This document shows positions 41,131 to 52,473 of a DNA stretch of 64,000 nucleotides, in pieces. Numbering within the stretch: the stretch's first letter is position 1; each line of letters starts with the position of its first letter. The DNA is from Chamaesiphon sp. OTE_75_metabat_95 (GTDB taxonomy: Bacteria; Cyanobacteriota; Cyanobacteriia; Cyanobacteriales; Chamaesiphonaceae). Where the stretch lies: the NCBI GenBank assembly GCA_031387665.1, contig JANNDL010000195.1, positions 113 through 64,112 of the forward strand, in the 5' to 3' direction. The notes under the pieces are model-generated. The model did no database searches. It saw only the letters and a program-made list of their open reading frames with translations, and was not told where the DNA came from. A program made the position numbers and the translations under genes.

Positions 41131-42534
41131 TTGGTATTTCTAATTCTGTCCTATGATTATCGTAAATTAATGAAAGATATTATTCTAGTCGATCGATATC
41201 GAATTATAGATATACTCGGTGAAGGTGGTAGCGGCAAAACCTATCGTGCTGTCGATGAGTACGATCGATCTGAAGTAGCAATTAAGATTTTGAGTCTGTG
41301 GGGAATGAAAGATTGGAAAACACTGGAATTGTTCGATCGAGAGGCTAAAATTCTCGCGCAGTTAGCACATCCAGCAATTCCACGCTATTTAGATTATTTT
41401 CAGACTGAGGTAGCTGGCAAAGAGGCTTTTTGTCTAGTGCAAGCGATCGCGCCAGGTCGATCTTTGACAGCTTGGATTCAGTCTGGATATCTATTTAGTG
41501 AAATAGAAACTCGCCAGATTGCCACACAAATCTTGGATATTCTAATTTATCTTCAGACATTTACACCGCCAATTATTCATCGCGATCTCAAGCCGCAAAA
41601 CTTATTATTGAGCGAATCCGGTAATATTTCCTTAGTAGACTTTGGAGCCGTGCGCGATACATATCATTTGACCATTACAGGCGGCAGTACGATCGTTGGA
41701 ACTTACGGTTATATGGCTCCTGAACAATTTCGCGGACAAGCAGTATTAGCGACAGATCTATATGGCTTAGGGACGACATTATTATATCTGATCTCTGGTC
41801 AAGATCCGGCGGATTTGCCAGTCAGACAGATGAAAATAGATTTTCGCCAACGTGTCAAAACATCACCTGATTTTGCGAATTGGATCGATCGATTATTGGA
41901 GCCGATACCAGAGGATCGTTATCGTAATGCGACTCAAGCTTTATCATTCCTAAACGGTAAAGTTTGTGCGAGAGTACCTCGCCCTAAACATCCGATTTCT
42001 CGCATTTATCAACAGGGTAACAATCTAAAGATAGTTATCCCACCAATTTGGTTAGCGACACGCAGCAGCCAAATAACTTTTTTTACTGCGACATTCTTGC
42101 TGCTATCAGCACTCTTTGGTTGGTGGCTGATGAGAATAGCTATTTTAGACGAAAGATCATGGTGGCTATTCTTACTTGGTGGAATTGTTGTTATTCCCTG
42201 GATGATACGAGTGCTGTGGCATTATTTTGCTGCTGTTACTTGTCAGAGTGAAATAGAAGTAATCAGCAGAGAATTAATTTGCAAGACTAAAATAGCAGGG
42301 ATGTCAGTTAAACATATCATAAAAATTGAGGATATCAAAAGTATTAGACATCAAGAAGTAAGCATACTAAGCTTGAAAGATAGTATTCAATTCAAGATAT
42401 CTGGGCAACAATATTATCCTTACAATTTTGGCAACTATTTAGAGTACACTGAACAGCGGTGGTTAATCAGTGAGATTTTAGAGCATTTACGGCTTTGTCC
42501 TGAGATTGAAGAAATTGATAGACCTTACCTATAG
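41131..42534 (+). CDS. Hanks-type Ser/Thr kinase with a C-terminal two-TM plus soluble domain (paralog of the preceding kinase)
   Basis: [63 protein letters not shown] and GYMAPEQ are present. The kinase domain aligns along its length with the previous gene. The likely start is ATG 41170. Confidence 0.88.
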   Translation: MVFLILSYDYRKLMKDIILVDRYRIIDILGEGGSGKTYRAVDEYDRSEVAIKILSLWGMKDWKTLELFDREAKILAQLAHPAIPRYLDYFQTEVAGKEAFCLVQAIAPGRSLTAWIQSGYLFSEIETRQIATQILDILIYLQTFTPPIIHRDLKPQNLLLSESGNISLVDFGAVRDTYHLTITGGSTIVGTYGYMAPEQFRGQAVLATDLYGLGTTLLYLISGQDPADLPVRQMKIDFRQRVKTSPDFANWIDRLLEPIPEDRYRNATQALSFLNGKVCARVPRPKHPISRIYQQGNNLKIVIPPIWLATRSSQITFFTATFLLLSALFGWWLMRIAILDERSWWLFLLGGIVVIPWMIRVLWHYFAAVTCQSEIEVISRELICKTKIAGMSVKHIIKIEDIKSIRHQEVSILSLKDSIQFKISGQQYYPYNFGNYLEYTEQRWLISEILEHLRLCPEIEEIDRPYL

Positions 42535-43236
42535 TTTTTCTCCTGTTGACTCTTCATGTAGTGATGTAGCTAACAGATCAACGCCAAAAACTTCGCTAAA
42601 TACTTTGACGATCTGTTGACGGACTAAATTAGGCTTAATATCAGGAATAAACTCTGCCATACTGCCAACAGATCGATCGGCAATCCCGCAAGGTACGATC
42701 CGATCGAATCCAGTTAGATCTGGGCAAACATTCAGTGCAAAACCGTGCATTGAAATCCATTTAGTAACTTTAATCCCGATCGCGGCGACTTTGCGACCTT
42801 CAATCCAGACACCAGTTAAACCGTCAATCCGTTCACCAGTTAAATGATTTAGAGCTAAAACTTGAATTACAACTTCTTCTAACTGCCGCAAATACCAATG
42901 TAAATCTTGCTGATAATACTTAAGATTGAGGATCGGATAAACAATCAATTGTCCAGGACAATGATAGGTAACTTCACCACCGCGCTCAACTCGATACAAT
43001 TCGTATTCATTTTCAAGGTGGTCGAATTTCAAGAATTCTAAGCTAGAACCAGTACCAAGTGTGTAGACAGGTGGATGTTCAAGAATCACCAGGGCATCGG
43101 ATAACTGGGGATCTTTGATTCGTTCCTGTTGGAGCGACTTCTGCCAAATCCAAGCAGATTGATAGTCGATTTCACCGCAATTATATAATAGGCATTGGCG
43201 GTTTATTTGAGATATCTTCTCAGGGTAAATTACCAT
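42529..43236 (-). CDS. lipB: Octanoyltransferase (lipoyl(octanoyl) transferase)
   Basis: [10 protein letters not shown]...[14 protein letters not shown]-type motif ([17 protein letters not shown])...KVAAIGIKV...HGFALNV...PCGI. Confidence 0.92.
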   Translation of the reverse strand: MVIYPEKISQINRQCLLYNCGEIDYQSAWIWQKSLQQERIKDPQLSDALVILEHPPVYTLGTGSSLEFLKFDHLENEYELYRVERGGEVTYHCPGQLIVYPILNLKYYQQDLHWYLRQLEEVVIQVLALNHLTGERIDGLTGVWIEGRKVAAIGIKVTKWISMHGFALNVCPDLTGFDRIVPCGIADRSVGSMAEFIPDIKPNLVRQQIVKVFSEVFGVDLLATSLHEESTGEKL

Positions 43237-44101
43237 TAGTTTGAGAAAGCTTGAGATTTAGCAGCGATAAAGTAAACACGATTAGAAACAAGACTAACCC
43301 GATCGTACAAGCATAGCTGAGATCGGGATTACTCGATCCAAATCCTTGTTGATAGAGGTAATAAACTACCGTTTTAGAGCTATTGCGCGGGCCACCTTGA
43401 GTCATCACATAGACTTCTTCAAAGATCTTGGTAGCTGCAATCGCTGAAATCACCGCAACGAGCAACATATAGGGACGCATCAGCGGAATTGTAATGTCCC
43501 AGTGCTTAGTATAGCTATCCGAACCATCGATCGCTGCTGCTTCATACAAGTCAGCCGGAATCGATTGCAATCCCGCCAAATAAATCGTCATATAGTAGCC
43601 TAGTCCCTTCCAAATCGTCACCAGCATCACGCTAAATAACGCCAGTCCAGGACTAGTTAGCCAGGGAATCGGCGGAATCCCCACCACTTTCACTAGTTGA
43701 TTGAGCAACCCATTCTCAGCATAGATAAACTTCCAAGCAATCCCCGCCACTACCATCGAGATAATCACAGGCACATAATAAGCCGCTCGAAAGAAACTCA
43801 TTCCTTTGAGCTTTTGATTGACCAAAATTGCCAACAGCAAGGGTGCAAATACCAAAATTGGCACGACTCCACACAGATACACCACCGTATTGCGAATTGT
43901 CTGCCAGAATACTTGGTCTTTGAGCAATCGATCGAAATTATTCAATCCTTGCCAATTTGCGGTGCCTGCGATCAGGTCATAATTGGTAAAGCTCAAATAA
44001 AATGCCTGCAATGCGGGCAAAAATACCGTTAAACCCAGCAATAGTAGCGCGGGTGCCAGAAATAAATAGGGTGTCCAATTGAGCTGACGGAGACGAATCA
44101 T
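43220..44101 (-). CDS. Carbohydrate ABC transporter permease (MalF/UgpA type)
   Basis: Six TM helices. The EAA loop is [25 protein letters not shown]. Confidence 0.85.
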   Translation of the reverse strand: MIRLRQLNWTPYLFLAPALLLLGLTVFLPALQAFYLSFTNYDLIAGTANWQGLNNFDRLLKDQVFWQTIRNTVVYLCGVVPILVFAPLLLAILVNQKLKGMSFFRAAYYVPVIISMVVAGIAWKFIYAENGLLNQLVKVVGIPPIPWLTSPGLALFSVMLVTIWKGLGYYMTIYLAGLQSIPADLYEAAAIDGSDSYTKHWDITIPLMRPYMLLVAVISAIAATKIFEEVYVMTQGGPRNSSKTVVYYLYQQGFGSSNPDLSYACTIGLVLFLIVFTLSLLNLKLSQTNGNLP

Positions 44102-44299
44102 AGCGGGGCGAGAAAAGAGGGGGTCTAAAAACAGCCGAAAAACAACCGAAAATTCCAGTAAGTAACCAACAACTTACATCCAACAAGCGATCCCCTCGTC
44201 CCTGTTTTGTACTATTGTGTAAAAGGATCGATTTAACTCTTGAATGTCATTCGACGATCCTCATATCTTTGCTCAACAGGCACTACGAGTAGAATCTTC

Positions 44300-45331
44300 A
44301 TGTTTGGTCTTATCGGTCATCTTACCAGCTTAGAACATGCCCAAGCCGTCGCTAAAGACTTAGGCTTTCCAGAATACGCGGATCAAGGGCTGGACTTCTG
44401 GTGCAGTGCTCCACCGCAAATCGTAGACCACATTAAGGTCACAAGTATTACCGGACAACAGATTGAAGGCTACTATGTTGAGTCCTGCTTTCTACCCGAA
44501 ATGCTAGCAACTAGACGCATCAAAGCTGCCATCCGCAAGATTCTCAATGCGATGGCTCATGCTCAGAAGCAGGGAATTAATATCACCGCCCTGGGCGGAT
44601 TTTCCTCGATTATTTTTGAAGAATTCGACCTCCAGCAAAATAAACAGGTTCGCAATGTCGAGTTAGATTTTGAGCGGTTTACAACCGGAAACACCCATAC
44701 AGCTTACATTATCTGTAAGCAGGTACAAGAGGGTGCAGCCAAGCTGGGTATAGATCTGAGCAAAGCCACGATCGCAGTTGTCGGTGCTACTGGTGATATT
44801 GGTAGTGCCGTCTGTCGCTGGATTGACAAGCGAACCGATACTGCCGATCTATTACTGGTAGCACGCAACCAGGAACGCCTCCAAAACCTCCAATCTGAGC
44901 TGGGGCGCGGGAAAATAGCAACTCTAGAAGAAGCACTGCCCCAAGCTGATATCGTCGTCTGGGTAGCAAGTATGCCCAAAGGTGTCGAAATTGATGCAAC
45001 CAGTCTCAAGCAACCTTGCTTGCTAATTGACGGCGGCTATCCTAAAAATCTGGGGACGAAGGTTCAGGCTCCAGGTGTGCATGTGATGAATGGCGGGATT
45101 GTCGAACATTCCCTCGATATCGATTGGAAAATCATGGGAATCGTGGCAATGGATACTCCGGCTCGACAGTTGTTTGCCTGCTTCGCGGAAGCGATGCTGC
45201 TAGAGTTTGAGAAGTTGCATACGAATTTCTCATGGGGGCGCAATCAGATTACGATCGAAAACATGGATCGCATCGGTGCAGCCTCCCTCAAACACGGTTT
45301 CCGCCCTCTATTGTCATTCGTTGGAGGATAA
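44300..45331 (+). CDS. aar: Long-chain acyl-[acyl-carrier-protein] reductase (alkane pathway AAR)
   Basis: [43 protein letters not shown]...[13 protein letters not shown]...[15 protein letters not shown] is the canonical cyanobacterial AAR sequence. The ORF track begins at an upstream TTG (44240). Confidence 0.93.
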   Translation: MFGLIGHLTSLEHAQAVAKDLGFPEYADQGLDFWCSAPPQIVDHIKVTSITGQQIEGYYVESCFLPEMLATRRIKAAIRKILNAMAHAQKQGINITALGGFSSIIFEEFDLQQNKQVRNVELDFERFTTGNTHTAYIICKQVQEGAAKLGIDLSKATIAVVGATGDIGSAVCRWIDKRTDTADLLLVARNQERLQNLQSELGRGKIATLEEALPQADIVVWVASMPKGVEIDATSLKQPCLLIDGGYPKNLGTKVQAPGVHVMNGGIVEHSLDIDWKIMGIVAMDTPARQLFACFAEAMLLEFEKLHTNFSWGRNQITIENMDRIGAASLKHGFRPLLSFVGG

Positions 45332-45460
45332 CGTATTGATTGAAATCTCCACATGTCAACTCTGCTAGTGGGGTTGGGCGGGTTCAAATTACATTGCTGG
45401 CTACGTTTTGGGCAATAGTATAAACCCTCCCCTACAGATCTCTTCTCCGTTGCCCCCGCG

Positions 45461-45499
45461 CCCCCACACCCCCACACTCCCACACTCCCACACCCCCTC
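45461..45499 (+). repeat. G-free tandem octamer array (YCCCACAC)n abutting the accA start codon
   Basis: CCCCCACACCCCCACACTCCCACACTCCCACACCCCCTC lies immediately before ATG 45500. Confidence 0.85.
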
Positions 45500-46474
45500 A
45501 TGGCTGCTCCCAACGAAAAAAAACCATTTCTCCTAGAATTTGAGAAGCCGCTAGCTGAACTACAACAGCGGATCGATCAGATTCGCGAACTTGCGGAAGA
45601 AAGTAGCGTCGATGTCTCCAGTAAGATCCAACAATTGGAGACTAAATACGTGCAACTGCGGGACGAGATTTTTAGCAGCTTGACTCCATCCCAACGGCTC
45701 CAGCTAGCCAGACATCCCCGTCGCCCCAGCACGCTTGACTATATTCAGGCAATTTGTGATGAGTGGATTGAGCTGCATGGAGATAGGCGTGGTAAGGATG
45801 ATCCGGCGTTAGTTGGCGGAGTGGGCAAGCTTGCTGGGATTCCAGTCGTGCTATTGGGACATCAAAAAGGACGGGATACCAAGGATAATGTAGCGCGAAA
45901 TTTTGGGATGGCGGCTCCAGGTGGCTACCGCAAGGCGATGAGACTGATGGATCATGCCAATCGGTTTGGGATGCCAATTATTACTTTTATCGATACCCCT
46001 GGGGCTTGGGCAGGGCTTGAGGCGGAGGAATTGGGGCAGGGTGAAGCGATCGCGTACAATCTACGAGAGATGTTTAGATTGGAAGTGCCGATTATTTGCA
46101 CTGTAATTGGTGAAGGTGGCTCTGGGGGAGCATTAGGGATTGGGGTTGGCGATCGACTGATGATGTTTGAACATGCGGTATATTATGTCGCTAGTCCTGA
46201 AGCTTGCGCCTCGATTCTGTGGAAGGATGCCAAGAAAGCTGCTCAAGCTGCGGAAGTGTTGAAAATTACGGCTAAAGATTTAAAGAATTTGGGAATTCTC
46301 GATCAGATTTTGCCGGAGCCATTAGGCGGCGCACATGCTGATTCGGTGCGGGCGGCGGAAGTACTCAAAAATGCAATTGTTAAGAATATTCAGGAGTTGC
46401 AATTACTCGAACCGAGTAAACTGCGATCGCTTAGATATGATAAATTCCGCCAGATGGGAGTTTTTAGTGAATAG
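45500..46474 (+). CDS. accA: Acetyl-CoA carboxylase carboxyltransferase subunit alpha
   Basis: LDFEKPL-type N-terminus ([10 protein letters not shown])...[12 protein letters not shown]...[23 protein letters not shown]...[14 protein letters not shown]. Confidence 0.95.
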   Translation: MAAPNEKKPFLLEFEKPLAELQQRIDQIRELAEESSVDVSSKIQQLETKYVQLRDEIFSSLTPSQRLQLARHPRRPSTLDYIQAICDEWIELHGDRRGKDDPALVGGVGKLAGIPVVLLGHQKGRDTKDNVARNFGMAAPGGYRKAMRLMDHANRFGMPIITFIDTPGAWAGLEAEELGQGEAIAYNLREMFRLEVPIICTVIGEGGSGGALGIGVGDRLMMFEHAVYYVASPEACASILWKDAKKAAQAAEVLKITAKDLKNLGILDQILPEPLGGAHADSVRAAEVLKNAIVKNIQELQLLEPSKLRSLRYDKFRQMGVFSE

Positions 46475-46507
46475 GTTAGTTTAATGCACAGCTTCAATAA
46501 GTATGAT

Positions 46508-47031
46508 TTAGCTGATTTCCAGAAAATCGCTGGGACTGACAATCATATATTGATATTCAGGTTCCGACTTGAGAATTAACAGATCTTTATCTCCTGTTAC
46601 CAAGAATTTTGCATTGGAGTCGATCGCTAGTACTGAGCGGCATAAATAGGGTGGGTGTTCACTTCGACTTCGCTCAGTGAGCGGAGCCGAATTGAGCGGT
46701 GGAAAAGCAAGGGGAAACTTCCGCCGTCTAGTACTAGCTCCAGAAATTTGTTACCATCAGAATCTAGACAGATAGTGATTTGAGGTATTGTTTTGATAAA
46801 TCTACTTTTACTTTGAATGAGATTTAGGAATTCTGCTCGTCTTTCGTTCGAGATATATCTGTCAAATTTAGTCTTGTAAAGGCGACTGGCTATTTCTTGA
46901 TAAGTTTCCTCACTGTAAACTATCGTGAATTCTTGGACAGCTTTTGTCAGTGCCTGATACGCAGTTCCTCTAGGACTCAGTGGTGCGCTGATAAAGATAT
47001 TCGTATCAATGACAATATATCTAAGACTCAT
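46508..47031 (-). pseudogene. PIN-domain toxin gene (TIGR00305-like) interrupted by a 93-bp insertion
   Basis: The ORF MSLRYIVIDTNIFISA...DSDGNKFLELVL runs into foreign sequence and stops at 46627. The displaced frame continues AIDSNAKFLVTGDKDLLILKSEPEYQYMIVSPSDFLEIS to a stop at 46508-46510. Removing 46627-46727 (101 nt) rejoins the two parts in frame. Confidence 0.85.
46635..46727. mobile_element. 93-bp MITE-like insertion flanked by the 8-bp direct repeat CTAGTACT
   Basis: CTAGTACT occurs at 46627-46634 and at 46728-46735. The insert contains a CGCTCAGTGAGCG hairpin and three GAGCGG motifs. Confidence 0.75.
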
Positions 47032-47296
47032 CAGCCAACAACTCTTCTAGAATTTCTGATGTTAGCCCCTTTGCTTGAGCTTCCTTGCCAATCGAATCCA
47101 TTAGTGCCAACAAATCATCTTTAGTAGTTTCAATAGTGACATCAACTACCATGTTTTGGTTTAAATTCATCTGTTTCACGATATCAGAGAGTTCACTAAT
47201 TCTTATTTGTTTAATGACTTGTTTCATTTTTTTATCAACAATTTCAGATGTCGCATCCCTATCAACAATTATAGCTATCAATACCGATCGTATCAT
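47021..47296 (-). CDS. Putative antitoxin of the PIN toxin
   Basis: This small acidic ORF ends 11 nt inside the PIN start codon region. The likely start is ATG 47227 (MKQVIKQIRISELSDIV...). I do not recognise the family. Confidence 0.5.
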   Translation of the reverse strand: MIRSVLIAIIVDRDATSEIVDKKMKQVIKQIRISELSDIVKQMNLNQNMVVDVTIETTKDDLLALMDSIGKEAQAKGLTSEILEELLADES

Positions 47297-47494
47297 AGCT
47301 ATCCGCTACCATCAGTGATAACAGCACCTGTGCGACGCTTGAGTAGTACTATTTTGTTCAACAATTGATCGATCGAGATTTGAAATTTACAGATTGGATT
47401 ACTCTCTGCGAAACCGACAACTTAAATCGATGCTATAATAAATTCGTAACAAAAATTTACATATTGGTCGAATACGGGCTAATTCCTGGACTAG

Positions 47495-48226
47495 ATGGAT
47501 CCGAGCACAACAACTAATCGAACGGCGTTGATTACAGGCGCAAGCAGTGGGATTGGCAAAGCCACCGCTCTAGCCTTTGCCAAAGCAGGTATCAACCTGG
47601 CATTGGTAGGGCGTAATCAAGATAAATTAACAGCAGTGGCACAAGCAGCGGAAGCTGTGGGCGTAACGGCAAAAACTTATGTGGTAGATTTGTCCAAACT
47701 CGATCGAGTTTCAGCCACAATTGCGGAGATTGCGGCAGAACATGAGAATTTAAACATCCTCGTCAATAATGCAGGAATGGCTTACACGGGGTCGATTGCG
47801 GACAGTCCGCTGGCTGATTGGCAAAAAGTCATCGACCTAAATCTAACCAGCGTTTTTCAGTGTGTACAGGGGATCTTACCCCACATGCGCCAGCGAAAAT
47901 CTGGGGTGATTGTAAATGTTTCTTCGATCGCTGCCAAGCAGGTATTTCCCAATTGGGGCATCTATTCCGTCAGCAAATTTGGCTTGATGGCACTCACCCA
48001 AGCTATCGCCGGAGAAGAGCGCGGGAATGGAATTCGCGTTACGGCAGTCTGTCCAGGATCGGTTAATACTCCCCTGTGGGACACTGACACCGTACAAGCT
48101 GACTTCGATCGGTCTGCTATGCTGACACCTGAGATTGTGGCTGAAGGCATCCTCTACGCCGTGCTAGCTCCCGCTGGTGCAGTAGTTGAAGAACTGACGA
48201 TTATGCCTAGTGGCGGTGCTCTGTAG
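47495..48226 (+). CDS. Short-chain dehydrogenase/reductase (SDR) family oxidoreductase
   Basis: TGASSGIGKA, NNAG and S...YSVSK catalytic motifs are present. Confidence 0.9.
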   Translation: MDPSTTTNRTALITGASSGIGKATALAFAKAGINLALVGRNQDKLTAVAQAAEAVGVTAKTYVVDLSKLDRVSATIAEIAAEHENLNILVNNAGMAYTGSIADSPLADWQKVIDLNLTSVFQCVQGILPHMRQRKSGVIVNVSSIAAKQVFPNWGIYSVSKFGLMALTQAIAGEERGNGIRVTAVCPGSVNTPLWDTDTVQADFDRSAMLTPEIVAEGILYAVLAPAGAVVEELTIMPSGGAL

Positions 48227-48280
48227 TTCGTCTACCGATTCAATTGTCTTTATTTATTTCTAAATCTATTCAGATCAAAC

Positions 48281-48943
48281 ATGACTATTAGCAACGATAA
48301 ACTCAATATCAATCCTAGACCCGATCGCAACACCCACAACGGCGAGCCAGTAAAAATTCACGAGCCAGAAGTCAGCCTCGAAGACATGATGGACTCGGTG
48401 CGCCAAATTATTTTAGGTGTGGGTGAAGATCCAGATCGAGAGGGTTTGCTCAAGACTCCAAAGCGAGTAGCTGAATCGATGCGGTTCCTGACTAGTGGCT
48501 ACAACCAGTCCCTCGACGATATCATCAATGGTGCGATTTTTGATGAAGGGCACAATGAGATGGTGCTGGTGCGAGACATCAACTTCTTCAGCATGTGCGA
48601 ACACCATATGCTCCCGTTTATGGGTAGAGCGCATGTTGCTTACATCCCCAACCAAAAAGTAGTCGGATTGAGCAAACTGGCGCGGATTGTCGATATGTAT
48701 TCCCGTCGGATGCAAGTCCAAGAAAGACTGACGCGCCAAATCGCCGAAGCACTTCAGGAAGTACTAGAGCCTAGAGGCGTAGCTGTAGTCATGGAAGCCA
48801 GCCACATGTGCATGGTGATGCGCGGGGTGCAGAAGCCTGGAGCTTGGACTGTGACTAGTTCAATGCTGGGTGCATTCCAAGAGGATCAGCGCACGAGAGA
48901 AGAGTATCTCAGTTTGATTCGTCATCAACCATCGTTTTCGTAA
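48281..48943 (+). CDS. folE: GTP cyclohydrolase I
   Basis: [17 protein letters not shown]...[12 protein letters not shown]...QVQERLT. Confidence 0.95.
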   Translation: MTISNDKLNINPRPDRNTHNGEPVKIHEPEVSLEDMMDSVRQIILGVGEDPDREGLLKTPKRVAESMRFLTSGYNQSLDDIINGAIFDEGHNEMVLVRDINFFSMCEHHMLPFMGRAHVAYIPNQKVVGLSKLARIVDMYSRRMQVQERLTRQIAEALQEVLEPRGVAVVMEASHMCMVMRGVQKPGAWTVTSSMLGAFQEDQRTREEYLSLIRHQPSFS

Positions 48944-49090
48944 GAAGTGGATGGTGAATAGCTTGTCGGGTGAGCACTGCCCACCATCTAGTTTCTATAC
49001 TTTTCACGGTAATAATTTGAGCTATTGTAGCATACGTTTTGCATACTCACAAATTGTTTGTGGCAAAAACGCAAGCTTTGCCCGCGCAAA

Positions 49091-49202
49091 GTATAGAACC
49101 CATTTGAGATCTTCTTAGCTTCTAGTGGAGGAGGGTAGGTTTTGTTTAAGGTCGAATATAGCATCGACATTGGTTAGCATAAACCTACCCCTACAGATCC
49201 AT
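49091..49202. repeat. About 113-bp dispersed hairpin-forming element, copy 2
   Basis: It aligns end to end with 15372-15484, with scattered substitutions. Confidence 0.8.
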
Positions 49203-49269
49203 CGACGAATCGATGACGCATTTTGTGAGCCAACCGTAGGGGCTGGTGTCTTGTCGTTTTTTTATATCT

Positions 49270-49325
49270 CCTGACGGAGAGGCTACGCCAACGGGGGGAA
49301 CCCCCGTTGGCGGAAGCCCGCTCCC
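49270..49325. repeat. Palindromic small dispersed repeat pair
   Basis: CCTGACGGAGAGGCTACGCCAACGG-GGGGAACC-CCCGTTGGCGGAAGCCCGCTCC. The left arm matches the 25-nt insertions in the two long uvrA fragments (55140-55164 and 61774-61798). Confidence 0.75.
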
Positions 49326-49439
49326 CCAGGAGAATAAAAACGCCGCTTCATGCCAGTAATTGTCGCCTAACACCATTATCTTCAAACAAAACCTGCCCTC
49401 CCTCACTAGAAAGTCTCAAATGGGTTCCATCCGCTAATT

Positions 49440-49595
49440 CTATTCCTTCACCGTTGACTTTCGGTTGCGGCATCTATCGGAGCAGTATTTGACTTCATCC
49501 CAACAACCTTCCCACTTTTTGCGCCAAGTGAACGAAAGTTGACAGACGGTGCAGATTTTGGTGGGAAGATCGGATTTCGATCGATGTTTGGGCAT
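49440..49595 (-). CDS. DUF2256 domain protein (51 aa)
   Basis: [51 protein letters not shown] carries the conserved DUF2256 pattern CxxC..FxWRKKW....W..VKYCS.RCR. It is too short for the ORF track. Confidence 0.75.
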   Translation of the reverse strand: MPKHRSKSDLPTKICTVCQLSFTWRKKWEGCWDEVKYCSDRCRNRKSTVKE

Positions 49596-49627
49596 ATAGT
49601 TTAGTTGTCGATCGCTAAATATCTTTT

Positions 49628-50380
49628 GTGAGTAACTCTCTTCATCATATTCGGATTGTCCTGGTCGAGCCAGCAGGTGCCCTAAATGTCGGCTCGATTG
49701 CGCGGGTGATCAAAAATATGGGATTGTCGCAACTAGTAATTGTCAATCCCCAGTGCGAAGTCGATGGTGAAGAAGCAACCAGGATGTCAGTACATGCGAT
49801 CGATCTATTGCAGTCAGCCAAAATTACCCCCGACTTACCCACCGCATTAGCAGGCTGTACCAGAGTAATTGCCACTACAGCCAGAGAACGCGCAATTCCC
49901 ACATTATTAGAAACACCCAGACAAGTCTTGCCGTGGTTGGTAGAAACCAATGAACCAACAGCCTTGATCTTTGGGCGAGAAGATAGCGGTTTGACGAATG
50001 CGGAATTAAATTATGCCACCCGCTATCTGCGGATTCCAGTTGGTTCTGAATACAGTTCGCTGAATTTGGCTCAAGCCGTGGGAGTTTGCGCCTATGAATT
50101 GCAAGTGTGCTCGAGTGAGATTGGATTAGAGCAGACAACAATCCGTTCGCAGATGCCTCAGTCATCAGATATTGCACCTGTAGAATTAGTCGAAGGATAT
50201 TATCAGCAGTTAGAAACTTTATTATTAGAAATTGGTTATCTGCTGCCCCATACCGCTGCACACCGGATGGAGAAAATCAGGCGGTTATACAATCGCAGCC
50301 AACTTTCGCCGAATGAAGTGGCTTTGCTGCGCGGCATTTTGCGTCAAGTTGGTTGGGCAATCGATCCTAAATCCTCATGA
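49628..50380 (+). CDS. SpoU/TrmH-family RNA 2'-O-methyltransferase (TrmJ-like)
   Basis: GTG start. [23 protein letters not shown]...[15 protein letters not shown]...[16 protein letters not shown]. Confidence 0.85.
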   Translation: MSNSLHHIRIVLVEPAGALNVGSIARVIKNMGLSQLVIVNPQCEVDGEEATRMSVHAIDLLQSAKITPDLPTALAGCTRVIATTARERAIPTLLETPRQVLPWLVETNEPTALIFGREDSGLTNAELNYATRYLRIPVGSEYSSLNLAQAVGVCAYELQVCSSEIGLEQTTIRSQMPQSSDIAPVELVEGYYQQLETLLLEIGYLLPHTAAHRMEKIRRLYNRSQLSPNEVALLRGILRQVGWAIDPKSS

Positions 50381-50472
50381 TTTACAGCAAGATATTTAAC
50401 CCAAGTGCTACCTATAACCTCAGCGGTTTCAGTCGTAGGCGTTCTACAGGTAGCAACTTAGGTTATTCAAAC

Positions 50473-50506
50473 AAAAAAACCATACCCCAAAAGGTATAGC
50501 TTTTTT
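50473..50506. terminator. Bidirectional hairpin between the methyltransferase gene and tRNA-fMet
   Basis: AAAAAAACCATACC-CCAAAA-GGTATAGCTTTTTT has an A-run and a T-run flanking the stem. Confidence 0.5.
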
Positions 50507-50510
50507 AAAA

Positions 50511-50587
<77 letters not shown>

Positions 50588-50746
50588 GTCATGTGTTGTT
50601 TTTCTCAACTTGTCTAATATAACACCACTTACTGATAAATAGCAAGCCCCTTTTCTAACAGGATATTTAGGGTGAGTCGAGAGGGATGCACAAACTCTCA
50701 AAAAATCTTAAAATCTGTAAAGACACCTAAAAATAACGATAGAGAT

Positions 50747-52216
50747 ATGCGGGTTGCAATTGTTGGCGCGGGATTGGCAGGCATGACTACAGCGATCGAT
50801 TTAGTCGATGCTGGGCATGAGGTAGAGATCTTTGAATCGCGCCCCTTTGTCGGCGGTAAGGTGGGTAGCTGGGTGGATCCAGATGGCAATCATATTGAGA
50901 TGGGTTTGCATGTCTTTTTCAATAACTACGCCAATCTCTTTGCGCTGATGCAGCGCATTGGTGCTGTGGATATCTTTCTACCGAAGGAGCATGTTCATAA
51001 TTTTGTCAATGCTGGCGGTGACATTGGCAAGCTAGATTTTAGATTCTTTCTGGGCGCACCTTTTCATGGCTTGAAGGCATTTTTTACCACCCAACAACTA
51101 ACGATCGTGGATAAGCTGCGAAACGCTCTAGCACTGGGTACTAGTCCAATCGTTCCAGGCTTGGTCAGCTATGAGACAGCGATGAAGATGATTCGCGATC
51201 TCGATCGAGTTAGTTTTGCCGATTGGTTTCGATCGCATGGTGGTAACAATCATAGCTTGCGGCGGATGTGGGATCCGATCGCGCTAGCACTAGGATTTAT
51301 CGATACGGAGAATATCTCAGCGCGGTGTATGCTGACGATTTTTATGATGTTTGCGTCCAAAACCGAAGCATCCAAGCTGAATATGTTGATCGGTTCACCT
51401 GCCGACTATCTGCACAAACCGATCGTTGAGTACCTAGAATCAAAAGGTGCTAAAATTCATACCCGTCGCCAACTTCGCGAAATTAAGTACAGTGGTGAAG
51501 GCGATAATATTCACATCACTGGATTTGAAGTTGCCAGTGGCGATACTGTCGAGACTATTACGGCTGATGCCTATGTCTGCGCCTGCGATGTGCCAGGGAT
51601 TCAGCGGATTGTGCCAGCGGATTGGCGTACATCAACTTTCTTTGACAATATCTTCAAGCTGGAAGCTGTCCCTGTTGCCACTGTCCAACTACGGTTCGAT
51701 GGTTGGGTAACGGAAATGAAAGATAGTGCCGAGCGGAGCCAACTAGATCATGCTGCGGGCATGGATAACTTGCTGTACAGTGCGGATGCAGACTTCTCCT
51801 GTTTTGCCGATCTCGCCCTCACCAGCCCCGCCAATTTCTATAAAGAGGGAGAAGGTTCATTACTTCAAGTCGTGCTGACTCCTGGCGAAAAATTCATTCC
51901 GATGAAGAATGAAGATATCGTCGAACACGTCATCAAACAAGTTCAGACTCTATTCCCTTCTGCCCGTGAACTCAATGTTACCTGGTCGAGTGTCGTTAAA
52001 CTCGCCCAATCACTCTATCGTGAGCAACCTGGAATGGATCCATTCCGCCCTACCCAATCGACACCTGTTGATAATTTCTTCTTAGCTGGAAGCTACACCG
52101 CGCAAGATTATATTGATAGTATGGAAGGAGCTGTGATTTCTGGCAAGCAAGCCGCTGAAGCAATTTTAGGCAGTGCGGATAAGCTAAATCCAGCCGCACA
52201 GTTAGCGAGTGTATGA
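50747..52216 (+). CDS. zds: Zeta-carotene desaturase
   Basis: [58 protein letters not shown] matches the ZDS/CrtQb N-terminus. The ORF track starts at an upstream GTG (50672). Confidence 0.9.
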   Translation: MRVAIVGAGLAGMTTAIDLVDAGHEVEIFESRPFVGGKVGSWVDPDGNHIEMGLHVFFNNYANLFALMQRIGAVDIFLPKEHVHNFVNAGGDIGKLDFRFFLGAPFHGLKAFFTTQQLTIVDKLRNALALGTSPIVPGLVSYETAMKMIRDLDRVSFADWFRSHGGNNHSLRRMWDPIALALGFIDTENISARCMLTIFMMFASKTEASKLNMLIGSPADYLHKPIVEYLESKGAKIHTRRQLREIKYSGEGDNIHITGFEVASGDTVETITADAYVCACDVPGIQRIVPADWRTSTFFDNIFKLEAVPVATVQLRFDGWVTEMKDSAERSQLDHAAGMDNLLYSADADFSCFADLALTSPANFYKEGEGSLLQVVLTPGEKFIPMKNEDIVEHVIKQVQTLFPSARELNVTWSSVVKLAQSLYREQPGMDPFRPTQSTPVDNFFLAGSYTAQDYIDSMEGAVISGKQAAEAILGSADKLNPAAQLASV

Positions 52217-52433
52217 GAGCTAGAATTTAGCTGAGGTCTGAGTCGTTGGCTAGAATTCACCCAGAGTCTAGCTGGTGGGCAGTGCCCACCCTACGCGCTA
52301 CAGATCTACTGGTGGGAACTGCTCACCCTACATACTTCCCATTGGTGAGTTGTGTGTGTTGGGTTGTTTCCTTCTCTTCGAGACGCTTCGCGAACGGAAA
52401 GGCTTCGCCAACATTCTTCAACCCAACCTACAG

Positions 52434-52473
52434 ATCTAAACCACTAACAACTAAACCACTAAACCACTAAATT
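52434..52473 (+). repeat. G-free tandem 7-8-mer array (TAAACCAC)n abutting a start codon
   Basis: ATCTAAACCACTAACAACTAAACCACTAAACCACTAAATT lies immediately before ATG 52474. Confidence 0.85.

Noticed and set aside
49191-49492. ORFs of 61-71 aa (and the 74-aa ORF at 52246-52470)
   Set aside because: They are translations of dispersed repeat elements, with no start context and no coding-like composition.
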